The position numbers and the translations under genes were made by a program. 64,000 nt of DNA from contig CBDFIQ010000002.1 of assembly GCA_965248195.1 (NCBI GenBank), forward strand, positions 167,539 to 231,538, given 5' to 3'. The notes under the pieces were generated by a model that was not told the DNA's origin, searched no databases, and saw nothing but the letters and a program-made list of their open reading frames with translations. Source of the stretch: Longimicrobiales bacterium (GTDB lineage Bacteria; Gemmatimonadota; Gemmatimonadetes; Longimicrobiales; Gaopeijiaceae). This document shows, piece by piece, positions 16,336 through 24,464 of the stretch (its first letter is position 1; each line of letters starts with the position of its first letter).

Positions 16336-17358
16336 CTACCCCTCGAGTTCCTCTCCGGGCGCTCTGTCCTCCCGGTGCCTCTCGATGAAGTCATCCGTCC
16401 CGGCGGGGAGCAGGAGGCTGTCTGCAATCGCCGCGATCTCTTCGGCTTCCTCCCACGCCCGCTCGAGCCGCCACAGCTCGCCGTCGAGCGCGCGCCGCTC
16501 CTGCTCCTCGTGGAGGGCCATCTCCAGGGCGAGCTTCGTGGGTCCGGGCATCTTGTTCACGTATCCCGGAATGCCCTTCTTGTCCTTGTAGCGGTTTCCG
16601 GAAACCACGTAGGAGAGGAAGTCGTCGGGGTGACCGTGATGCTCGATCTCCGAGACCGCAGTCTGGACCGTCTCCCTCTTGCCGCCTCTGCGGTTCATCT
16701 TCGGGATGATCTGGCCGATGAGGCGCTCCGCCTCCTCCCCCTCGAACCACTCCTTCTTCTTGCCTCGGCGTATCTCTAGGGAGAAGCCGTGCCCGTCGGT
16801 ATCCGAGCGGAGACGCGTACCCAGTAGGTCGGGATTCTTTAGCTTGATGACCCGGCCGCCGTCGGTGCGGAGCTTGGCCAGTGTGCGCCCGTTCACCCAC
16901 AGGTTCACGAAGTTACCGCTCTGTGCCAGCAGCGCGCCGCTGAGCACGCCAGCCACAGCGCCGCCGACGACGATCCCGCCGATCACCACGGCACCACCCA
17001 CGCCGTAGATCATTGCACGTTTGCGACGGCGGCCAAACTGATCTCCGTAGCGCCAAGCCGCGAACTCCGGCCTCATGGGCCGGCCGATCCGCACGAGTTC
17101 GAGCCCCTCCGGGTGCTTTGCCAGGCCCACGTTCTCCGTCGACACGCGAATTCGAGTGTCCCTGAAGAGCCGCTCGCAAGTCTCCACGGCCTCCCACCGC
17201 TCCTCGAGCGGGGAGAGGTTCCAGCGCTCGCACTTGCGGCAGACGACCCAGAGACGGCCCCGCCCCGCGTCGAAGGCCAACCGACGACCTACGGGGAAAT
17301 GCTCGACCACCTCGTTCGTACCGAGTGGGCGGTTGCAAAACATGCAGGTCTTGTACAT
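16336..17358 (-). CDS. Hypothetical zinc-ribbon / glycine-zipper TM / helical-domain protein (340 aa)
   Basis: ORF 16336..17358. It has CMFC...x30...CRKC at the N-terminus, a TM segment (GVGGAVVIGGIVVGGAVAGVLSGALL) and a charged helical C-terminus (LALEMALHEEQERRALDGELWRLERAWEEAEEIA). Confidence 0.65.
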   Translation of the reverse strand: MYKTCMFCNRPLGTNEVVEHFPVGRRLAFDAGRGRLWVVCRKCERWNLSPLEERWEAVETCERLFRDTRIRVSTENVGLAKHPEGLELVRIGRPMRPEFAAWRYGDQFGRRRKRAMIYGVGGAVVIGGIVVGGAVAGVLSGALLAQSGNFVNLWVNGRTLAKLRTDGGRVIKLKNPDLLGTRLRSDTDGHGFSLEIRRGKKKEWFEGEEAERLIGQIIPKMNRRGGKRETVQTAVSEIEHHGHPDDFLSYVVSGNRYKDKKGIPGYVNKMPGPTKLALEMALHEEQERRALDGELWRLERAWEEAEEIAAIADSLLLPAGTDDFIERHREDRAPGEELEG

Positions 17359-17578
17359 CGCGGGTCCGAGAGAGAGGGGTGACGATCACCTCTACTACAG
17401 AGCCGAAGGCACGAGTGTTCACCACGTCCGAAGTCAACGGCGACCCTGGGGTATGACACGTCGGAATCGCCACTCGCGTGATGGAGCCTGCTCGGAGACA
17501 CCTTGGATCTTCGACCTACTTTATTCTCCGCGTTGCGGGTCCTGACGCGATTTTCTCGTGCAGCACCCCCCCCGCCGT

Positions 17579-17596
17579 TGGTATATTTTAAAGATG
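17579..17596 (+). promoter_or_regulatory. Possible extended -10 promoter (TGgTATATT) giving a leaderless transcript for the GGDEF gene
   Basis: TG at 17579-80 and TATATT at 17582-87, with ATG at 17594 only 6 nt downstream. There is no SD sequence. Confidence 0.25.
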
Positions 17597-19267
17597 CCCA
17601 AGCGCACTCCACCGCACACGACTGTCGTCGACCAGGTCCCCAAGGCATTCCGCCTGGAGAGCATCAAGAGCCGGATCGTGGGCCTCGCCTTGCTGGCCAC
17701 GCTGATTCCGTCTCTGGGCATGGCCTGGATCTCGTACGTCCAGAACCGCGCGGCCCTGACCGACAAGATCGCCGAAGAGCTGCGGAGCGTGGGTGCGCAG
17801 ACCGCACGCGAGCTCGACCTCTGGTTCAAAGAGCGACTCTATGACGTCCGGGTCTTCGCGAGCTCCTACGAGGTAACCGAGAACATCGAGCGCGCTCGAC
17901 AGACGGACGGGGGCGGTCAAGCGGGCGCTCGGCTAAACAACTACGTCACGTCGGTCGGGGAGCGGTTTCCGGACTACGAGGAGTTGATCGTCATCGACCG
18001 GGAAGGCCAGCCGCTCGCAACGAGCGCCGAGCACGCGGGCGACGTTCATCTCCCCCCCGGCTGGCTCGATCGTGTGGCGGGAGGCCAGGTGGTGGTCGCG
18101 GATGCATACTGGGACGAGCGGCTCGGCCAATCGCTCATGACCATTGCGGTCCCGGTCACCGCTGACGACCGCAACTTCGTGGGCGCGCTCGTCGCCAACG
18201 TTTCGTACCGGGCCGTGCTGACCACCCTGCTGGTCTTCGCGCCGGGCGATTCGGGCGACTTATACGTGATCGCCCCGGAGGGCGCCGAGATCGTCAGCTC
18301 ACGTGGTGACGAGCGGCCGCGCGCCGGGCGGAGGCTCTCGTCCGCCACGACGGAGCTCCTTTTCGCCAACGAGAGCAGTCCCGTCAGATACGCCAATCGT
18401 GAGGGAAGCGAGGTCATCGGAACCCTGGAGCGGGTTCCGAGCTTAGAGTGGGCGGTCGTGGCGGAGATCACGGCGGAAGAGGCCTACGCACAGGTCAAGC
18501 AGCTACGCGACATGACTGCCCTACTCGTGATGGGGCTCCTGGTCGTGGTCGGCTTCATCGCGTACTGGCTGGGCCTGCTGATCGTGCGCCCGCTGGATCG
18601 GCTGACCACGGGAGCCACGGAGGTTGCGGAGGGAGACCTCGACGTGGATCTGCCCGTGGGCAGGGGTGAGGTCGGGTACCTCACCGAAGTGTTCAACGGG
18701 ATGGTCGACCGCCTGAGAGAGGGACGGCAGCAACTCGAAGAGCTGCTGGTCACCGATCCACTCACCGGGATCTCCAACCGCCGGCACCTGATGGAGACGA
18801 TGAAGAATGAAGCGCGCCGCTCGCGCCGTTCGAAAAAGTCTTTCGCGATCCTCATGGTGGATGTCGACCATTTCAAGAAGTTCAACGACACGCACGACCA
18901 TATCGCGGGAGACGAGGCCCTCAAGGCCGTTGCAGAGGTCCTGCAGGGGGGGACGCACGAGATCGATCACGTGGCACGTTACGGAGGTGAAGAATTCCTG
19001 GTCGTGCTGCCGGACACGGACATCGCCGGCGCGGTCAGGGCAGCCGAGCGGATCCGGGAGCGGCTTGCCAAGCGCAGCGTGGCCGTCGGGGAGCGGTCGG
19101 TCAAGCTGACCGTGAGCACCGGCGTCGCCCAGTTTCCCATCGACGGGGATTCACCCGAAGATTTGGTCCTTTCGGCAGACACGGCGCTCTACCAGGCCAC
19201 CCGGAACCTGTCAACGACAATGGGACACTCTACGGGATTAATTAGAGAGCAATATCCTGTGTGGTGA
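17594..19267 (+). pseudogene. Cache-HAMP-GGDEF diguanylate cyclase, 3' end displaced by IS3-family insertion
   Basis: ORF 17558..19267, with ATG at 17594. It has an N-terminal TM segment, a periplasmic sensor, HAMP, and a GGDEF domain with RYGGEEF. After ADTALYQA the frame runs into the IS terminal repeat (TRNLSTTMGHSTGLIREQYPVW*). Confidence 0.85.
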
Positions 19268-20249
19268 GGGAAGGGATGGGAGGATTGATGTAGACGGCCT
19301 CCGGGAGCGGTTTGGGCTTCGGCACACCTGTGACGAAGCGTTCGGGATGAGCGGCCCATGCTTCGCGGAGCACGGATTTCCTGCCGGCAATGACCTGATC
19401 GGCGTTCCCGAAGTGGACCTGCTCGGGGGTTAGCATCGAGATACCGCCATGGCGGTGCTCGGCATTGTACCAGCGGAAGAACGATCGACACAACGTCTTG
19501 GCCTGGCCCTGATCCCCGAACCGCCCGGGAAACGAGGGATGGTACTTCAAGGTTTTGAACTGAGCCTCGGAAAACGGGTTGTCATCCGACACCTGAGGCC
19601 GGCTCAACGAGCGAGTCACGCCGAGGTCAGCGAGAAGTTGAGCGGTGCATTGGCTCGTCATTGGAGCTCCCCGATCCGAGTGCAGGGTCAGGACCCGGGG
19701 CTGGACGCCATGCTTCAGGCAGCTCTGCTGGATCAACCGGCCGGCCAGGGCCGAGTTCTCCCGGTCCGCCACCATCCAGCCCACGACGTAGCGGCTGTAG
19801 ATGTCCATGATGACGTAGAGGTAGTAATAGCTCCACTTCTTCGGCCCGAGTAGCCGCGTGATATCCCAGGACCACACCTGGTTCGGCGCCGTGGCCATCA
19901 ACTCGGGCTTCTTGTACTCGGGATGGGTGCGCTGCGCCCGGCGTTCCTGAACCGGCACCTCGGAGGCCAGAACACGATACATCGTGCGTTCGCTGCACAG
20001 GTAGACCTCTTCGTCGAGCAGCGTGGCCACCACCTCGGCGGGTGAGCGGTCCACGAACCGCTCCGAACACAGCGTGTCGAAGACCTCGCCTCGTTCCGTC
20101 TCGCTCAATGCCCGGGCGGGCGTCGGGCGGGGCTGCCGTTGCCCGGTCGATGGGCCTCGACGACGGTAGAACGTCGATCGGGAGACCTCGAGAGCCGCGC
20201 ACGCCGGTTTTACACCGACGTGCTTAGCCAGCTCATCGGCCGCCTTCAA
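19242..20249 (-). CDS. IS3 family transposase OrfB (DDE integrase domain)
   Basis: ORF 19242..20249. It contains WSWDITRL, HSDRGAPMTS and YNAEHRHGGI motifs. It is probably expressed as an OrfAB fusion by a -1 frameshift. Confidence 0.9.
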   Translation of the reverse strand: MKAADELAKHVGVKPACAALEVSRSTFYRRRGPSTGQRQPRPTPARALSETERGEVFDTLCSERFVDRSPAEVVATLLDEEVYLCSERTMYRVLASEVPVQERRAQRTHPEYKKPELMATAPNQVWSWDITRLLGPKKWSYYYLYVIMDIYSRYVVGWMVADRENSALAGRLIQQSCLKHGVQPRVLTLHSDRGAPMTSQCTAQLLADLGVTRSLSRPQVSDDNPFSEAQFKTLKYHPSFPGRFGDQGQAKTLCRSFFRWYNAEHRHGGISMLTPEQVHFGNADQVIAGRKSVLREAWAAHPERFVTGVPKPKPLPEAVYINPPIPSLTTQDIAL

Positions 20250-20695
20250 GAGTTCGTCCCGTCGTCGAGGCTTATCCCCAGCAGCCCCGCAACTTTTCCC
20301 TGCACGTCGATGATCAGGTGTGCCTTCCTGAGCTCATTCTCGAGCCGTGCGTTTTGCCGCTCCAGCTTGCGTACCTTCTCATCCAGCGGATTCCGCTCCG
20401 GCTTGCGGCCGCGTTTCTTCGACAGGGCCTTCAGCGACCCGCTATGCGCCGCCTTGCGCCACGTCGTCAGGTGCGACGAGTACAGGCCCTCGCGCCGCAG
20501 GAGCTGACCCACCTCGCCGGGCTCGGTGCACCGGTCCGCTTCTTCGACGATCCGCAGCTTGTACGATGGACTGAACCGCCGGCGTAGCGGCCTATCTACT
20601 ACCTCCGGGTCCGCAGGAGCTGCCGCGCTTCGCTTGGCCTCCCCGATTCCAGGGGCACTACCATTCTCTTCCATTCTCTCTCGCAGTCCCAACAT
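20246..20695 (-). CDS. IS3 family transposase OrfA (HTH / leucine-zipper)
   Basis: ORF 20246..20695 with ATG at 20695. It contains SYKLRIVEE, GEVGQLLRREGLYSSHLTTWRK and a coiled coil (KVRKLERQNARLENELRKA). Confidence 0.9.
   Translation of the reverse strand: MLGLRERMEENGSAPGIGEAKRSAAAPADPEVVDRPLRRRFSPSYKLRIVEEADRCTEPGEVGQLLRREGLYSSHLTTWRKAAHSGSLKALSKKRGRKPERNPLDEKVRKLERQNARLENELRKAHLIIDVQGKVAGLLGISLDDGTNS
20293..20299 (-). other. Candidate -1 programmed ribosomal frameshift site (G GGA AAA G) joining OrfA to OrfB
   Basis: The minus strand reads cag gga aaa gtt. A slip on A AAA G continues as AGT TGC GGG...CTC TTG AAG GCG, which is the orfB frame. Confidence 0.6.
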
Positions 20696-20762
20696 GTTCG
20701 TTTTCTCTGCCTTCGCCCTACTCTAATTCTTTGCGTGCTCCGTGTCTCACGTACGTTGGCAG

Positions 20763-21002
20763 AGAGGGAAACGGCGCGGACGTGACCGGGTGGTGCGTGT
20801 GAGTCGCCGCCGATCGACGACTGGAGCAACGGCACCGAAGAAGGCATCGAGGAAGACTTCGACGAAAAGTCGGACGAAGAGTACGACGAAAGGTACGACG
20901 AACAGTACGACGAAACGTACGACGAAACGTACGACGAGGAGTAAGAAGAAGGCTGCGACGAAGAGGACGAGAAAGACTACGAAGGCAAAAAAAAGGTTCT
21001 GA
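20763..21002 (+). pseudogene. Detached 3' fragment of a GGDEF gene with a Lys/Thr-rich basic tail
   Basis: ORF 20742..21002 reads (R)GKRRGRDRVVRV, which is the canonical end of a GGDEF domain. It then continues SRRRSTTGATAPKKASRKTSTKSRTKSTTKGTTNSTTKRTTKRTTRSKKKAATKRTRKTTKAKKRF. It is in frame with the upstream cyclase if 19208-20762 is removed. Confidence 0.55.
20861..20944. repeat. Seven tandem 12-bp units (gacgaaNNgtac)
   Basis: The units are gacgaaaagtcg, gacgaagagtac, gacgaaaggtac, gacgaacagtac, gacgaaacgtac, gacgaaacgtac and gacgaggagtaa. Confidence 0.9.
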
Positions 21003-21007
21003 CGTAA

Positions 21008-21757
21008 CTACCGGCCACCGTCGCTCGGGCTCGTAACGAGGTTGTGGAAAATCCAGCCATCCCGTCCCTCGTCGTCCGTGATCCGCACCCACTGCTGCGT
21101 ATACGAGTGCCCCACCAGCGGCGTTGCAGGATCGAGCGTAAAGAGCACACGAAATCCGAGCCCCGGCCCCGTGCGCACGTTGCTGCGCCGCGCCGTTGCC
21201 AGCGGCACCGGCAACGCGAACAGTACTTCCGTGGGCCGCCGGTCCCCCTGCCTTTCGCTGGTGAGCCGGAACTCTCCCGCACGGGCCGCGCTGCGGGCCT
21301 GGCTCGCCAGGTAAAGCGCACCACCGTAGTTCTCATCGCCGAACTCGGTTGCGCTGAGCATTAGGAGGTGGCGCGCCTCGATGGATTCAGGCACGTCGTC
21401 ATCCCCCGCAGCATCGGTAACGGCCTGCACTCCGATTTCGGCTTCCGCCATTGCCGACGCCGCTTCGGCACGACTGGCCAAGGTCTGCAATCGCGCCATG
21501 GCGCGCACGGCTTCTCGTCGCGCCGCATCGAGTTGACGTTGGAGGTTTTCCACCTGGGCCGTGCGCTCCAGGAGTTGGAGCTGCCCGGTGGCGACGCGCT
21601 GTTGGAGCTCCGGATCCGCGCGAACCTCTACGGTGTCGACCACCACCCTCTCGGGTGCCCGTGTCCCTAGCCGTGCGCCGCTGGCGCACGCCGCCAAGGA
21701 TACGCTGCACGCGCTGCACAGCACCCATCGGAATCGAAAAGCCAGGTGGTTCCTCAT
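21008..21757 (-). CDS. Lipoprotein with coiled-coil region and C-terminal bacterial SH3-like domain
   Basis: ORF 21008..21895, with ATG at 21757 (MRNHLAFRFRWVLCSACSVSLAAC, a lipobox). The C-terminus reads NVRTGPGLGFRVLFTLDPATPLVGHSYTQQWVRITDDEGRDGWIFHNLV. Confidence 0.7.
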   Translation of the reverse strand: MRNHLAFRFRWVLCSACSVSLAACASGARLGTRAPERVVVDTVEVRADPELQQRVATGQLQLLERTAQVENLQRQLDAARREAVRAMARLQTLASRAEAASAMAEAEIGVQAVTDAAGDDDVPESIEARHLLMLSATEFGDENYGGALYLASQARSAARAGEFRLTSERQGDRRPTEVLFALPVPLATARRSNVRTGPGLGFRVLFTLDPATPLVGHSYTQQWVRITDDEGRDGWIFHNLVTSPSDGGR

Positions 21758-22030
21758 AACAAAAAGATGTGCACGCCCGGCCCACACCGCCATGAAATTG
21801 TTTCGCTTGGACGAGCCGAGCGGTGAGATCGAAAACAACTCGAGGCCGCCCGTTGGCCGCCAACCGGCCTCCGATTGGCTAAATCGTTTGGCCAAACCGT
21901 GCCGATTTGGTCACTTTTCCCGATCCTTGTCGGGCGGAAGAGGCCGAAAGCTCCTGATTCGCCCCCGATTTCAGCTTTTTTCGGGGTTCCAGACCCCACC
22001 GTGCCTGGCACGAGCTTTGCGATGAGTTAG

Positions 22031-22732
22031 ATGACGGCTCTCCGAGGGGGTGTGCAAGCGAACGCGCCTCGAACGTCCCCCTCTGAGATAGCAGCAAAGA
22101 TAATTAGGGACCTGGAGGCGACGGTGCGGAAGATCTATCTACTGGGACTGCTCTACGTTGGCTTGAGCTTGGTGTACCTCATGGCGGCCGGGGACCCAGA
22201 TGTGGTCCTTGATGATCCTCCCTTCACGGTCACCATCAACGTCCAGGGCGGGTCCAACGAGGGCCCCGTGGAACCCGTGGACGCCGTGGGCTGGTTCCGC
22301 ACCATGAAGGCCTACTGTAACCCGGTGGAGGTGGATACCCGGCTCACATGGAGTCCGGCTCCCTCATCCGCCGACGGCACCGCGTACGAGGCCGCTTGTT
22401 TTGCACTCGCCGGGCGCATCGACTCGGCCCGGGACCGGATTCTCCAACTGCCCGAGGATCAGCGGTGGAACGCGGCCGGGGTGGTATTCAATGTCGGACA
22501 TCCGGTTGCGGACGCCGGTGACGACCGTGCCGCCGGCCCCATCATGGAGCTGGTGGTGGAGTTTTGGCCTAACCATTACATGGCCCTCTATCACGCGGGG
22601 GCCGCACGCTACGCCCTGGGCGATCATTCGCCCGCCCATCGGTACCTCGTGAGCTTCCTCGAGCACTACGCATCCGACGATGGCTGGCGTCGGAATGCCC
22701 TGAGCATGATCGCGGAGATCGAGGCCCGATGA
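22031..22732 (+). CDS. Hypothetical membrane-anchored protein (233 aa)
   Basis: ORF 22031..22732 with a single TM segment (IYLLGLLYVGLSLVYLMAAG). I recognise no family. Confidence 0.55.
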   Translation: MTALRGGVQANAPRTSPSEIAAKIIRDLEATVRKIYLLGLLYVGLSLVYLMAAGDPDVVLDDPPFTVTINVQGGSNEGPVEPVDAVGWFRTMKAYCNPVEVDTRLTWSPAPSSADGTAYEAACFALAGRIDSARDRILQLPEDQRWNAAGVVFNVGHPVADAGDDRAAGPIMELVVEFWPNHYMALYHAGAARYALGDHSPAHRYLVSFLEHYASDDGWRRNALSMIAEIEAR

Positions 22733-23724
22733 GGGATGCCCCGACTTCAGTGAGGGAGGTCGGCTCCTGCGTTCTTTGCAGCGGTCCCGACAGCCTCGAC
22801 CTTGCGGTCTGCCTCGATTGCGCGAGTCGCACGGGGGACGGCCTCGTGTTCGTGCGTCAATCCATCCGGAAGGCTGAGCGCGCGAGGATCGTCGAGCATC
22901 TACACGGAATCCTACCGCCAGGGGTCGAGTGGGAAGAGTTCAAGTTGGCTGCCAAGGGCTATTTGCCGCTGGCTTCGGTGCCTTTCCCTGCTGCCAAGCA
23001 GGTTCTCGAGGCCTTCGCCCGCAAAAGTGTGCCGGCCCAACTCATTCCGAGGCGTTGGGGGGTGGCTCCGATTCCGCCGGGCCTCGGACTCGTGCTCTTG
23101 TCCGTGTTGATGGCGGGCACCCTGGTAGGTCTCGTTTCGGGTCAACTACTCTTCTTTGGGAGCGCCCTTTACGCCGGCCTTCTCTGGATTCTGGCCCAAA
23201 TCCATCTCCGGAGACCGGCCGCGTGCGCGGGCAAAAGCGATCCTTGGCTTCCCCGCGACGTCGAGGAGCGCTTGGTGACGGCTCTCATGAGCTTGCCCGT
23301 GGGGACCCCGCGCACGCTCCTTTCGGATGCGGTTCGCCTCGGACGTCTCCTGTGGGAGAGAGCGAGGGTGACCGAGGACGTCGACATCGTACAGGACACA
23401 TCCGAGCTCCTGGCTCTCGCCGCCGACGCCGCCACGGATCTGGCGCGGGTCGAGGAGGCCCGCCGGGTCATGGCGGGCCAGAGAGCCGAGGGCGCGACGG
23501 CACCCGTCTCAGATACAGGGGCCCTGCAGGCCATCGAAGCCTCTCGTCAGCGGCTCCACGACCTCCTCCTCGACACGGTTCGGGCCATGGGCGGCGCCAA
23601 CCGACGTCTGCCCGAAGCCGGGGGCCAAGCCGCCGAGCTGGCCCACCTGGCCGACGCCATCGAGACCAGTCGCGTTGCCCAGGCGGGAGCCGTCGCCGAA
23701 GTGGAGCGGCTGCTGGTGTCCTGA
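22729..23724 (+). CDS. Hypothetical zinc-ribbon membrane protein (331 aa)
   Basis: ORF 22729..23724. Its ATG overlaps the upstream stop (ATGA). It has CVLCSG...x9...CLDC at the N-terminus, two or three TM segments (GLGLVLLSVLMAGTLVGLVSGQLLFFGSALYAGLLWILAQI) and an Ala/Leu/Glu-rich helical C-terminus. Confidence 0.6.
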   Translation: MRDAPTSVREVGSCVLCSGPDSLDLAVCLDCASRTGDGLVFVRQSIRKAERARIVEHLHGILPPGVEWEEFKLAAKGYLPLASVPFPAAKQVLEAFARKSVPAQLIPRRWGVAPIPPGLGLVLLSVLMAGTLVGLVSGQLLFFGSALYAGLLWILAQIHLRRPAACAGKSDPWLPRDVEERLVTALMSLPVGTPRTLLSDAVRLGRLLWERARVTEDVDIVQDTSELLALAADAATDLARVEEARRVMAGQRAEGATAPVSDTGALQAIEASRQRLHDLLLDTVRAMGGANRRLPEAGGQAAELAHLADAIETSRVAQAGAVAEVERLLVS

Positions 23725-23854
23725 GTCAGAATTCCAGCGAGTTTGGTGGGGATTTGCCATCGCGTGTTTCAAGGCTGTAATGTGTGGGTCCCGTCACGCG
23801 AATCCGAGTGGATCGATCCTCCATTCCCCTACACAACGACGCAAGGAGTCAGTG

Positions 23855-24430
23855 ATGAGCAGCCCTGAGATGAGCTCTAGCGATACCCCCATCGACAACG
23901 GCGTGAACGTCCAAGCGCTGCTCGACGCACGGAAAGCGCTGGCCGAGGCGCCTGAGGCCGCCGAGTTCCAGTGGCGGGCGAAGTGTGAGTGGGTGGAGGG
24001 CACCCGCAGTCGCTCCACAGTGGAGGGATTCTTCGGACTCGGCGAGGAGCAGAATCACAAGAGTGAATTCACCTTCGACGCCGACCACCCCGAGGTCTTC
24101 GCGTCGGAAGACCGTGGTGCGACGCCGGTCGAGATCGTGCTGGCCGGCCTGGCGAGCTGCCTCACTGCCGGCATCGCGTCCGTCGCCCAGCTTCGTGAGA
24201 TCCAGCTGCATTCCGTCACCGCGACCGTCGAGGGTGGGATGGACATCCAGGGCATCCTCGGCATGGACAGCGACGTACGGAACGGTTTCCACGGTATCAA
24301 GGTGACCTACACGATCGACGCAGACGCAACATCCGACGAGATCAAGGCGATCGTCGCCCAGTCGCAGAAGCGGTCGGCCGTCTTCGACGCGATCACGAAC
24401 CCAACGAACGTCACGATGGTGTCCCGCTGA
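23855..24430 (+). CDS. OsmC/Ohr family peroxiredoxin-like protein
   Basis: ORF 23675..24430. ATG at 23855 is preceded by AAGGAG (23843-48). It contains ATPVEIVLAGLASCLTAG and a C-terminal ITNPTNV. Confidence 0.8.
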   Translation: MSSPEMSSSDTPIDNGVNVQALLDARKALAEAPEAAEFQWRAKCEWVEGTRSRSTVEGFFGLGEEQNHKSEFTFDADHPEVFASEDRGATPVEIVLAGLASCLTAGIASVAQLREIQLHSVTATVEGGMDIQGILGMDSDVRNGFHGIKVTYTIDADATSDEIKAIVAQSQKRSAVFDAITNPTNVTMVSR

Positions 24431-24464
24431 CAGTTGAAGGTGGTGGCTCCGGAGAGTCTCCTTG

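Larger units (their letters stand above)
19209..20761 (-). mobile_element. IS3 family insertion sequence (~1.55 kb)
   Basis: Imperfect terminal inverted repeats TGTCAACGACAATGGGACAC (19209-) and TGCCAACGTACGTGAGACAC (reverse complement of -20761), plus a shared inner AATTAGAG. It carries orfA/orfB with an A AAA G slippery site. Boundaries are good to about 1-2 nt. No clear target-site duplication. Confidence 0.85.

Noticed and set aside
19196-20775. Target-site duplication for the IS3 element.
   Set aside because: I tried end pairs 19208/20762, 19209/20761 and 19221/20749. None gives matching 3-5 bp flanks, so no TSD is claimed.
20786-20944. An acidic DExY-repeat peptide (..IEEDFDEKSDEEYDERYDEQYDETYDETYDEE*) as a separate gene.
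   Set aside because: There is no ATG, GTG or TTG in frame between the upstream stop (20783-85) and the repeat. I kept it only as an alternative reading in the repeat finding.
3371-20944. Tandem repeats at 3371-3478, 7874-7943 and 20861-20944 as possible CRISPR arrays.
   Set aside because: The units are contiguous with no spacers, are 12-35 bp long, and lie within coding frames. No cas genes are present.
21871-21975. CCGATT(T)GG repeats and the TTTGGCCAAA palindrome upstream of the 22031 gene as a defined operator.
   Set aside because: These are short motifs in a 270-nt region and could arise by chance. They are mentioned only as context in the IS-bounded segment finding.
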